The translations under genes and the position numbers were made by a program. Shown here piece by piece: positions 29,822 through 38,293 of a stretch of DNA of 64,000 bases (its first letter is position 1; every line of letters starts with the position of its first letter). The notes beneath the pieces are model-generated. The model worked only from the letters and a program-made list of their open reading frames with translations. It had not been told where the DNA came from and did not search any database. This stretch comes from Lysobacterales bacterium (GTDB lineage Bacteria > Pseudomonadota > Gammaproteobacteria > Xanthomonadales > SZUA-5), in NCBI GenBank assembly GCA_050250665.1, contig JBFWOF010000007.1:32112-96111 (forward strand). The letters run 5' to 3'.

Positions 29822-32600
29822 ACGCGGATTCAGGCTGCCCCTGGCTGCTCGTATCTTCTTTGCGAGCGGCTTCATGGTGGCTCTTGCCGTGGCGCTGGCG
29901 GCGCTGGTGACGCTGCAGTATGGCCGTCGCGCGGGAGAGGACGCGGTTGACCACAGTCTGGAAGCGGCCAACAACGCCCAGGAACGGTTCGAGGCGCTGT
30001 CCTTCCAGAAGCTCGACATCGTGGCCAAGACGATCATCAACGATGCCAGCTTCGTGCGCTATGTGGCGACCGCCACGGTGGGCAGCAGCGGCCTGAACGA
30101 GCTCGGCATCGCCTCACCGCCGGACGTGCCAGTGGCGGCGGCGACCGAGCCCGATGAATCAGGGAGTTCCGAGCAATCCGCCAGTCTGCCAGCCCCGGAG
30201 CCGGATGCCGACAGCGCTTCGGTCAAGGATCTGCTGACTCAGTTTGGCGAAAGTTACGACTTCAGCTTCGGGATGGTGCTGGATGCTGACGGTCGGGTGG
30301 TCGCCCGCACGGACGAACGCGAGGCCTTCGCCGATGATCTTTCCGACGATCCCATGTTCGGCAACATGATCAAGGACATCGTCGGAGTGACCGGATACTG
30401 GCGCAATGGCCTGGCTTTGCTGCAGGTGTCGGCGCAGCCAATGGTGATGCAGGATGAACTGGTCGGATTTCTGGTCATCGGCGTGCCGGTGGATGCCGGC
30501 GTGGTCAAGCAGGTGCGCGAAGTCAGCGGTGGCGAAGTCGCCTTCTGGGTCATGGATCAGGACAAGCTGCGCCTGATAGCCACGTCGGTGGATGAATCTG
30601 CTGCGGCTCTGCTGAAGGAATCGATCTCCAGGATCGAACCCAATCTGCTCGAAAGTCTGCAGGCCGGCCGCTCGCTGGCGCGGGTGCGTGATCTCTCTCT
30701 GGGGAGCACCACCCTGGCAGCCAGTCTGGCGCCGCTGTTCGGTCAGCCTGGGGACGCCGTGGGTGGCGTGATCACCATGACCTCCATCGACACGGCCATG
30801 GCGCCTTTCCAGTCCATCCGCAACGCCGTGCTGCTGGGTGGACTGATCGCGCTGCTGTTGTCGCTGGCGGTGTCCTGGTGGCTGGCTCGCAGGGTGTTGC
30901 GGCCGGTCTCCGAATTGATTGAGGCCGCTGAACAGGCGGCTGGCGGCAACTATCACCAGCAGTTGACCATCGAAGGCAATGACGAAGTGGCCAGACTCGG
31001 ACGGGCCTTCGACTCGCTGCTCAGCGATCTGCGTGAGAAGAAGGACATCGAAGGATACGTCGGCCATCTGTCGCGTTTCCTGCCCGATCCAGGTTCCGAG
31101 GCGCAGCTTTTGCCGGCGGCGCCGGCGCCCAAACCAGTCACCAGACGCGAATGCGCACTGGTGGGTCTGGAGCTTCGACGTTTCCTGCGCGCGCCACCCA
31201 AGGGTGAGGAAGCGATCACCTTGACCGCGCTCGGTCAGTTGATCGAAGAAGCGGTTGCCCGTGCCCAGGCCGCTGGTGGCGAGCTGCTGGAGCAGGAAGG
31301 TCCCAGACTGCTGTTCGGATTCGGTGGTGAGTCGTCCGAACTGCGGGCGCTGGCGGCGGTCAGCGCCTGGTGGGAAGGACGCATCGGTACCAGCGACAAT
31401 GGCGCGGCGGTGGCGCTGGCACTGGGCGAGATCGTGCACGGATCGTTGCCGGCTCGGCCGGAATCAAGCGCCACCATCGGCTTGCCGGTGCTGCAGGTCG
31501 AGCGTCTGCTGGCGGAGACGCCGGTGGGTCAGATGCTGCTGTCGCCGGCCTTCGGCGAGCGCATCAAGAGCATCGGTCAGACCGGCGTGTTGCGCGCCGC
31601 GCAGGGGCAGAGCAGCGGCAAGCGCTTCCTGTCGATCGATCGTCCCAGTCTGAGCGCAGTGGCGCGGCTGGCTCCTGGCCTGTCCCAGGCCACGGTGATG
31701 ATGGGGGCAGAGGGTGCCGCTACCCAGGTCGCCGGTGCTGCTGCTCCGGCAGCATCCGACCAGGCTTCGACCCGGCTGGCGCTGGGGATGCGCTTCGCCG
31801 GTCGTTACGAGATTCTGGCGATACTCGGCGCCGGTGGCATGGGCATGGTCTACAAGGCGCGCGACACCGACCTGTCCGATGTGGTGGCGCTGAAGATGCT
31901 GCGCCCGGGGATGGTCATCGATGCCGAGCAACTGGAGGGACTCAAGGTCGAGCTCAAGCTGGCGCGCAAGATCACCCACCCCAATGTGCTGCGCACCTAC
32001 GATTTCGGCGAATTCCAGGGCGTACCCTACATTTCGATGGAATATGTGCGCGGCCTGACCCTGCGTTACCTGCTGCAGCAGGCCGGCAGATTGCCGTTCT
32101 CGGCAGCCTTGCGGATCGCCCGGCAGCTGTGCATGGGCCTGGATGCCGCGCATCAGATGGGCGTGATCCATCGCGACATCAAGCCGGAGAACATCATCAT
32201 CGAGCAGAGCGGCAACGCCAAGCTGATGGACTTCGGCATCGCCCGCTCTGCCGGACGCTCGGATTCCAGGCATACCCAGCCGGGTACCTTCCTGGGTACG
32301 CCCAACTATGCCTCGCCCGAACAGCTCTCGGGTTCGGATCTGGATCAACGTACCGACATCTATTCCACCGGCGTCATGTTGTGCGAAATGTTCTGCGGCA
32401 AGTTGCCCTTCACCGGTAGCAATACCATGGAACTCTATGTAGCCCATCTGCAACAGGCACCGATCAAGCCCTCCGAGTTGTGGCCCGATATTCCGCGGGC
32501 TCTGGAAGAGGTCATTCTCAAATGCCTGGAGAAAAAGCCCGATGATCGATACGCTTCGTCGGCGGATCTGCTGGTGGCGTTGTCCGGACTGCGGGCCTGA
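29811..32600 (+). CDS. transmembrane sensor Ser/Thr protein kinase (periplasmic sensor, HAMP, degenerate cyclase-homology-like domain, STK)
   Basis: TM helix, ~300-aa periplasmic region, second TM, HAMP (LRPVSELIEAAEQAAGGNYHQQL...DEVARLGRAFDSL). A CHD-like stretch lacks the metal Asp (ALVGLELRRF). Kinase motifs GAGGMGMVYKA, VALK, HRDIKPEN, DFGIAR are present. Confidence 0.85.
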   Translation: MSTERGFRLPLAARIFFASGFMVALAVALAALVTLQYGRRAGEDAVDHSLEAANNAQERFEALSFQKLDIVAKTIINDASFVRYVATATVGSSGLNELGIASPPDVPVAAATEPDESGSSEQSASLPAPEPDADSASVKDLLTQFGESYDFSFGMVLDADGRVVARTDEREAFADDLSDDPMFGNMIKDIVGVTGYWRNGLALLQVSAQPMVMQDELVGFLVIGVPVDAGVVKQVREVSGGEVAFWVMDQDKLRLIATSVDESAAALLKESISRIEPNLLESLQAGRSLARVRDLSLGSTTLAASLAPLFGQPGDAVGGVITMTSIDTAMAPFQSIRNAVLLGGLIALLLSLAVSWWLARRVLRPVSELIEAAEQAAGGNYHQQLTIEGNDEVARLGRAFDSLLSDLREKKDIEGYVGHLSRFLPDPGSEAQLLPAAPAPKPVTRRECALVGLELRRFLRAPPKGEEAITLTALGQLIEEAVARAQAAGGELLEQEGPRLLFGFGGESSELRALAAVSAWWEGRIGTSDNGAAVALALGEIVHGSLPARPESSATIGLPVLQVERLLAETPVGQMLLSPAFGERIKSIGQTGVLRAAQGQSSGKRFLSIDRPSLSAVARLAPGLSQATVMMGAEGAATQVAGAAAPAASDQASTRLALGMRFAGRYEILAILGAGGMGMVYKARDTDLSDVVALKMLRPGMVIDAEQLEGLKVELKLARKITHPNVLRTYDFGEFQGVPYISMEYVRGLTLRYLLQQAGRLPFSAALRIARQLCMGLDAAHQMGVIHRDIKPENIIIEQSGNAKLMDFGIARSAGRSDSRHTQPGTFLGTPNYASPEQLSGSDLDQRTDIYSTGVMLCEMFCGKLPFTGSNTMELYVAHLQQAPIKPSELWPDIPRALEEVILKCLEKKPDDRYASSADLLVALSGLRA

Positions 32601-32611
32601 GGGGGACACAG

Positions 32612-33706
32612 ATGCTGAATTCGAGCGTGGGCGCCATCGCACTGGGCATTGCTCTGGCCGGTGCGGCGTTGACGGCATCGGCGCAGTCGACGGCGGATGA
32701 GGATGTACAGGCGCCGTCTTCGGCCCTGTTCGACTGGTACGGTGATCTGCGCGTGCGCGGCGAACGCACCATCGACATTCCCGGCCGCGCTGATGATCTC
32801 GAACGCCTGCGCGCCTCGCTGCGCTTTGGCGGACGCTATATCAGCGACAGCGGCTGGGAGTTCGCCGCCGCGGCGAAGCTGGGCGCCGGTACCGACAGCA
32901 ATGACGATACCCGCCGCAATCTGGACAACGAACAGTCCAACGGCGCCGGCCTTGATGAGCTGTACGCGTCCTACAGTGCAGGCGAGAACACCTTGTTCAG
33001 GCTGGGCAAGGGGCGCATGCCGCTGGTGCTGACACCGCTGACCTGGGATCGCGATCTGCGGCCTGTCGGCGCCAGCGTCGAGTATTCGGCCTCGGTGCGC
33101 GATTTCGACGCCTTCCATCTGACCGCCGGATATTTCGCTGGCGATCACCTCTACGGCGATGAGTCGCGCATCGGTGCGCTGCAGGTCGGTTACGGCTGGC
33201 TCGAAGGCGGCGAAAGCGGATTCAGCACCTTTCTGACTTACCTGGATTTCACCGACATCGACGTGCTGGCGCGCGAGGGCCTCGGACGCACCAATCGCCG
33301 CATCGGCAATCGCTTCGTCAGCGACTACCGATTGCTGGACCTGCAGTTCATCGGCCGGGTGCAGGCCTTCGAATCGCCGCTGGTGGCTCGCCTCGATCTG
33401 GTCCGAAATCTTGGTGCGGATGACCAGCGCGATGGCGCCCGCTTCAGCCTGATCTGGGGTGATGCGGATCAGCTTGGTGGTTGGGAATTGGGCTACGCCT
33501 TCCAGCGCGCCGGGCGCGACGCCGTGCTCGCCGCCTATTCCGAAGACGACTGGTGGTTCCACAGTTTTGCGCGCGGTTCGATGCCCTGGGTGGCCTATGG
33601 CTTCAGTGAGCGTCTGACCTTGCAGGCCTCGGCTTTCATCGAACGGCGCGACGGAGTCAGCGACTATACCGATCGCTGGCTGCTCGACCTGCGCTCACGC
33701 TGGTAG
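32612..33706 (+). CDS. outer-membrane beta-barrel porin-like protein (alginate-export-like)
   Basis: Signal peptide ending TASAQS, alternating beta-strand pattern, LDELYASYS...FRLGKGRMP, C-terminal ...LDLRSRW. Confidence 0.6.
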   Translation: MLNSSVGAIALGIALAGAALTASAQSTADEDVQAPSSALFDWYGDLRVRGERTIDIPGRADDLERLRASLRFGGRYISDSGWEFAAAAKLGAGTDSNDDTRRNLDNEQSNGAGLDELYASYSAGENTLFRLGKGRMPLVLTPLTWDRDLRPVGASVEYSASVRDFDAFHLTAGYFAGDHLYGDESRIGALQVGYGWLEGGESGFSTFLTYLDFTDIDVLAREGLGRTNRRIGNRFVSDYRLLDLQFIGRVQAFESPLVARLDLVRNLGADDQRDGARFSLIWGDADQLGGWELGYAFQRAGRDAVLAAYSEDDWWFHSFARGSMPWVAYGFSERLTLQASAFIERRDGVSDYTDRWLLDLRSRW

Positions 33707-33747
33707 TCTTCGCCCATGACCTTTCTACAGAGCCCCTGACGCAGCCG

Positions 33748-34599
33748 ATGAAGATCAGCTTTCCCGGCGGAGAGAGACAGGACTTCCAGGCTTCGGAAGG
33801 CGTGTTGCGCGTGGGCTCGGCGGCCGACAACGACATCGTGCTGCCCGCCGCCAAACAGGTGCTGCCGCACCATCTGGAACTGCGGGTCGAGCCCCGACGG
33901 GGCATCACCCTCAGCGTCAGCGACCCCAAGGCCTCGGTGCACGTCAATGGCCGGCCGGTGCGCGAGAAAGCCATTCTCAGGCTCGGTGACATGGTCGGCG
34001 CTGGCGATGTACGCATGGTCATGCGTCCCGATCAGGACCGCACCGAGAAGCCGCCCAAGCCCGCCTCCGACAACGAAACCCGACAGCGCCACACACCACC
34101 CCGTGTGGTGCTGCGCGGTGTGTCCGGCGGCTACTTCGGCAAGGTCATCCCGCTGCGCTCCAAGACCGTGATCGGGCGCGGTAGTGACTGTGATCTGGTC
34201 TTGAACGAGCCGGAAATGAGCCGTCGCCACGCAATCATCGAGAACACGCCCGAAGGGCTGTTCCTGCGCGATCTGGCGTCGGCCAATGGCACCTTCGTCA
34301 ACGGCACTTCGGTACGCGACACCGTGCTCAAGCCGGGCGATCAGCTGGCTTTCGACCAGAATCGATTCCTGATCGAGGCCCCGGGTTATCTGCTGCAGAT
34401 GCCGGGCGACGAGCCGATCAATGTCGGTCAGATCACCCAGGTGCAGCGACCGCTGGTGATACCCCCGGCAGCGAGCGTCAAGGTCGGCGAAGAGGATGGT
34501 GAGAACAGTGCGGTCGACTGGATCATCATGACCGCCGCTGTGGTCACCTTGCTGGCGCTGGCATTGCTGGTCTATCTGGAGTTCGGGCGCGCCGTCTGA
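33748..34599 (+). CDS. double FHA-domain protein with C-terminal TM anchor
   Basis: FHA 1 (LRVGSAADNDIVL ... VHVNGRPV). FHA 2 (IGRGSDCDLVLNEPEMSRRHA ... LASANGTFVNG). C-terminal helix WIIMTAAVVTLLALALLVYL. Confidence 0.85.
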   Translation: MKISFPGGERQDFQASEGVLRVGSAADNDIVLPAAKQVLPHHLELRVEPRRGITLSVSDPKASVHVNGRPVREKAILRLGDMVGAGDVRMVMRPDQDRTEKPPKPASDNETRQRHTPPRVVLRGVSGGYFGKVIPLRSKTVIGRGSDCDLVLNEPEMSRRHAIIENTPEGLFLRDLASANGTFVNGTSVRDTVLKPGDQLAFDQNRFLIEAPGYLLQMPGDEPINVGQITQVQRPLVIPPAASVKVGEEDGENSAVDWIIMTAAVVTLLALALLVYLEFGRAV

Positions 34600-34889
34600 G
34601 CATCGACGCGGTAGCTGCGCTCAACCCGGGTGATCTCGACCCGATACCAGCGATACCACTGCTCTCGACCGCGCTGCTGGGCCTGCAGATGCTCAGGGTG
34701 CGCGCGCCAGCGTGCCACGGTGTCCAGATCAGGCCAGTAGGAGAGCGCTATTTCCTCACTGCCTTCGGTCAATGCATGGAACTCCAGACAGCCGAAGTCA
34801 GTCAGCGCCAGCTGCCGCATCCTTGCCGCCGTGGCAGTGTATTCAGCATCCAGCTGCTTGATTCCGGCGCGAAAGACCACGAGATACAT
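34572..34889 (-). CDS. antibiotic-biosynthesis-monooxygenase (ABM) domain protein
   Basis: 105 aa with ferredoxin-like ABM pattern (YLVVFRA ... ALSYWPDLDTVARWRAHPEH). Confidence 0.7.
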   Translation of the reverse strand: MYLVVFRAGIKQLDAEYTATAARMRQLALTDFGCLEFHALTEGSEEIALSYWPDLDTVARWRAHPEHLQAQQRGREQWYRWYRVEITRVERSYRVDAQTARPNSR

Positions 34890-34921
34890 TGCCCGCTCCC
34901 CAGAGCCACCGGCCCTGAACT

Positions 34922-35794
34922 TTGGAAGACCCGATCATGCCTGCAGTGACGCTGATCCAGCAGCCCGACAGACTGCAGATGGCTGCTTTCGAAGGCTATG
35001 TGCGGCAGGTGTTCCCGCGAGCCAGCTTTGCCGCGTGGATGGCCTGGGGCGAGTGGAACGAGGACTATCGCGCGCTGGCGCTGATGGCTGGCGCCGAGAT
35101 CATTGCCAACGTGTCGCTGACCCGCATGCAACTGCTGCTTGACGGAAACATGGTGCCAGCCTGGCAATTGGGTGCAGTGGGCGTGCTTCCGCAATGGCGC
35201 GGCCAGGGACTGTCGCGGCAGCTGATGGAGGCCGCGCTGTCGCTGACCGCCAATGATCCGGTATTGCTGTTTGCCAACGACAAGGTTCGCGACTTCTATC
35301 CACGCTTCGGCTTTGCGCCTTGTCCGACGGCGACCTTCGTTGCCGAATACGCCTGCGATCCGGGTCAGCACCCGGCACCAGCGCTTCCGACCGAAGCTGC
35401 CACCACGCGCGCGCTGATCCACGATCTGGCCGAATCGGGTTTGGCCAGCACCAGGCGCTTTGGTGCGCGCGGATACGGACGGACACTGACCTGGTATCTG
35501 GCCAATCGATGGGTGCCCGATCCCAGGCAACTGGATTCGCACACGCTGGTGTTCTGCCGGACCGATGGAGATTGTCTGGTCATCGACGACATTCTCTCGG
35601 CGAAGCCCTTCGATCTCGACGCAGCGCTGCCGCGACTGATCAGCTCACCCATCCGCCGCATTCGTTTTGGCTTCACGCCGGAGCTTTGCTGGCCACGGGC
35701 CTGCACCATCGGCACGGACGACGACGCTCATCTCTTTGTCAGAGGATTCATGCCGGAAACGCCACAACGCTTCCCGGTTCTGGCGCGGACCTAG
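34922..35794 (+). CDS. GNAT-family N-acetyltransferase
   Basis: Acetyl-CoA motif LGAVGVLPQWRGQGLSRQLMEAAL ... FYPRFGF. Start 34922 or ATG 34937. Confidence 0.75.
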   Translation: MEDPIMPAVTLIQQPDRLQMAAFEGYVRQVFPRASFAAWMAWGEWNEDYRALALMAGAEIIANVSLTRMQLLLDGNMVPAWQLGAVGVLPQWRGQGLSRQLMEAALSLTANDPVLLFANDKVRDFYPRFGFAPCPTATFVAEYACDPGQHPAPALPTEAATTRALIHDLAESGLASTRRFGARGYGRTLTWYLANRWVPDPRQLDSHTLVFCRTDGDCLVIDDILSAKPFDLDAALPRLISSPIRRIRFGFTPELCWPRACTIGTDDDAHLFVRGFMPETPQRFPVLART

Positions 35795-36289
35795 CTAGGC
35801 CCAGTCGCGATCGCTGCAGCGGCTGTGGCCCTGACGGAGCGCCTGCTGCAGCGCGTGATGGGCGCGCCTGAGCAGCCGGTTCGACTCCAGTTCGTCGCCG
35901 CTGCCGGTGGCCATGCCGATCCTGGCGCCTGCCTGCACCGGGGTACCACCCAGCTGTATCGGCTCCTTCAGCGCTTCGAGCATGCGATCCGCCAGACGAT
36001 GGGCGGCGAAGGGGTTCTGCATGTATTCGGCAATGATCAGCCATGTCGAATCCTTGAGCCGATCCACCCGATCGCTGCGCCGCGCGCAGCGGCGTACACG
36101 TTCCGCGAAAGCCTGCAGTGCCTGCTCGCTGGCTTCATCACCGAGGGTGGCACGAACCCGCTCCGCTTCGCTGAAGTCCACGCAGAGCAGCGCCAGCGTG
36201 ACCGAATGAGCGCGCGCCCGATTCACGGCATCATTCAGATGCGCGCGCAGCGTTTCCTGCGCGGCCAGTGCCGGTACGGGATCGAGCAT
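35795..36289 (-). CDS. stand-alone degenerate GGDEF-like domain protein
   Basis: LALLCVDFSEAERV ... ALQAFAERVRRCARRSDRVDRLKDSTWLII follows the GGDEF fold pattern, but the GG[DE]EF site is replaced (LKDSTW). Start ATG 36289 or 36331. Confidence 0.5.
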   Translation of the reverse strand: MLDPVPALAAQETLRAHLNDAVNRARAHSVTLALLCVDFSEAERVRATLGDEASEQALQAFAERVRRCARRSDRVDRLKDSTWLIIAEYMQNPFAAHRLADRMLEALKEPIQLGGTPVQAGARIGMATGSGDELESNRLLRRAHHALQQALRQGHSRCSDRDWA

Positions 36290-36456
36290 GCTGGATTGGC
36301 AGATCGGTGAATTGAACACGGGCGACAACATTCCGGTTTTCGCAACGGTGGCGCAGGATAGCAATCTGCGGCACTGGCGGGGCGCAAGCCGGAATGGCGA
36401 TGTGCGACTCAGTCGGCGCCGCCCGGAACCCGTGATTGAGATGCAAGGTACTGCCC

Positions 36457-37617
36457 ATGCTGACTGCTCTGGCCATCGCCAACTATCGCTCGCTGCGCGA
36501 TCTGACACTGCCACTGCAGCCCTTGACGGTGATTGCCGGTGCCAATGGCAGCGGCAAGTCCAATCTCTATCGGGCGCTGCGCCTGCTCGCGGAGACTGCG
36601 CAGGGCAATGTCGTGGGTGCTCTGGCGCGTGAAGGCGGACTGGCGTCGACGTTCTGGGCTGGGCCGGAGCGCTTCAGCCGCGGTATGCGCTCCGGCGAGG
36701 TGCCGGTGCAGGGCGGCCCACGGCAGCAGCGTCAGCGCCTGTTGCTGGGCTTCGCTTCAGAGGACTTTGGCTATGCCATCGACCTTGGCATACCTCCAGC
36801 CGGGGTCAGCGCCTTCAATCTGGATCCGGAGATCAAGCTCGAGTGTCTGTGGGCCGGACCGCTGCTGCGCAGCGCCAGTGTGCTGGTCGAGCGTCGGGTC
36901 CGATTGATCCGCGCCCGTGCCGGCCGCGACTGGCGGGTGCTTGACGCGCATGTGCCGAGCTACGAGAGCATGCTGTCGCGGGCTTTTGATCCGCAGGCCG
37001 CACCGGAATTGCTGGCACTGCGCGAACGTCTGCGCAACTGGCGCTTCTACGATCATTTCCGCACCGATCCGGAAGCGCCCGCGCGGCAGAGTCAGCTCGG
37101 TACGCGCACGCCGGCGCTGGCACATGACGGAAGAGACCTGGCGGCTGCGCTGCAGACCATTCGCGAAATCGGTGACGCGCGGGCGCTGCATGCGGCCATC
37201 GAAGACGCCTTCCCGGGTGCCGAGCTGGGCTTGCATGCAGAGCAAGGTCGCTTTCAGGTCAGCCTGAAGCAATCCGGATTGCTGCGAGCACTGGGTGCCG
37301 CCGAACTCTCCGACGGCACGTTGCGCTATCTGCTGTGGATCGCCGCGCTGTTGACGCCGCGGCCACCTCCGCTGATGGTGCTGAACGAACCCGAGACCAG
37401 TCTGCACCCGGATCTGCTGCCGGCACTGGGTCGGCTGATCGCCGATGCCGCCACCCGTACCCAGGTCTGGGTGATCTCCCATAGCCCCAGACTGATCGCC
37501 GCGCTGGAACGCAGCGCCGGCTGCGCCACCCTGACCCTGGACAAGGAACTCGGCGAAACCCGTGTGGCCGGACAGGATCTGCTGGAGGTGCCAGCCTGGC
37601 GCTGGCCGGAGCGCTAG
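36457..37617 (+). CDS. AAA/ABC-type ATPase (AAA_21 / RecF-like predicted ATPase)
   Basis: Walker A GANGSGKSN, signature-like LSDGTLRYL, Walker B LMVLNEPETSLHP. Start at ATG 36457. Confidence 0.8.
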   Translation: MLTALAIANYRSLRDLTLPLQPLTVIAGANGSGKSNLYRALRLLAETAQGNVVGALAREGGLASTFWAGPERFSRGMRSGEVPVQGGPRQQRQRLLLGFASEDFGYAIDLGIPPAGVSAFNLDPEIKLECLWAGPLLRSASVLVERRVRLIRARAGRDWRVLDAHVPSYESMLSRAFDPQAAPELLALRERLRNWRFYDHFRTDPEAPARQSQLGTRTPALAHDGRDLAAALQTIREIGDARALHAAIEDAFPGAELGLHAEQGRFQVSLKQSGLLRALGAAELSDGTLRYLLWIAALLTPRPPPLMVLNEPETSLHPDLLPALGRLIADAATRTQVWVISHSPRLIAALERSAGCATLTLDKELGETRVAGQDLLEVPAWRWPER

Positions 37618-37683
37618 CGTCTGTCAGGCAAGGGACGGGCGGGTCTCCGCTGGCGAGCACGCACCCATGGCCCCAAAACCCCC

Positions 37684-38235
37684 GGCGTCATTGCGAGCGT
37701 AGCGAAGCAATCCAGTTGTAGGTCACGTTGCTCGCGTAGCGAGCTACGTGACGAAACTCGATGTCACGTAGTCCGCTAACGCGGACAACATGACCTACGA
37801 CGGCGAGTGACGTCCGCATGAGCACAGCGCCGGCTTCGTCCACCTGTAGGAGCGCCCTTGCGGCGCGACCGGGGGTGATGTCCCGCGGCGTCGCCGGTCG
37901 CGCCGTGAAGGCGCTCCTACGAGGAACGCCGTCTGTTGTAGGAGCGCCCTTGCGTCGCGACCACTGCTGCGGACGTGCGACTTGCCGGTCGCGACGCGAG
38001 GTCGCTCCTACAGGCACCTTGCGGTTCATGGTCCGTGGGCTGTTTCGGTCCGACACAGGTGGCTCTCCATGAACCCATGTCGTAACGTGTTGATTTCTGG
38101 TCGATGGTGTAGGTTGGGCTAAGCGCAGCGTGCCCAACACCAGCGTCCATTGTTGGGCACGCTGCGCTTTGCCCAACCTACAGTTCATGGCGCTTGGGCA
38201 GCTTTGGGCCGAAACAGGTGGCTCGCAATGACGCC
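37684..38235. repeat. composite cluster of REP-like elements (at least three families)
   Basis: Family 1 pairs at 37846-37920 and 37938-38011. GTAGGTTGGGC...GCCCAACCTAC palindrome at 38109-38181. A GTCATTGCGAGC-type motif at both ends forms a perfect 15-bp inverted repeat (37684-37698 / 38221-38235). A ~45-bp direct repeat starts at about 38024 and 38184. Confidence 0.8.
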
Positions 38236-38293
38236 GATTTCCGGGCCAGGTGTAGTCACGTCGATAGCAGCGACCAGCGCTGCTGTCAGGCGC

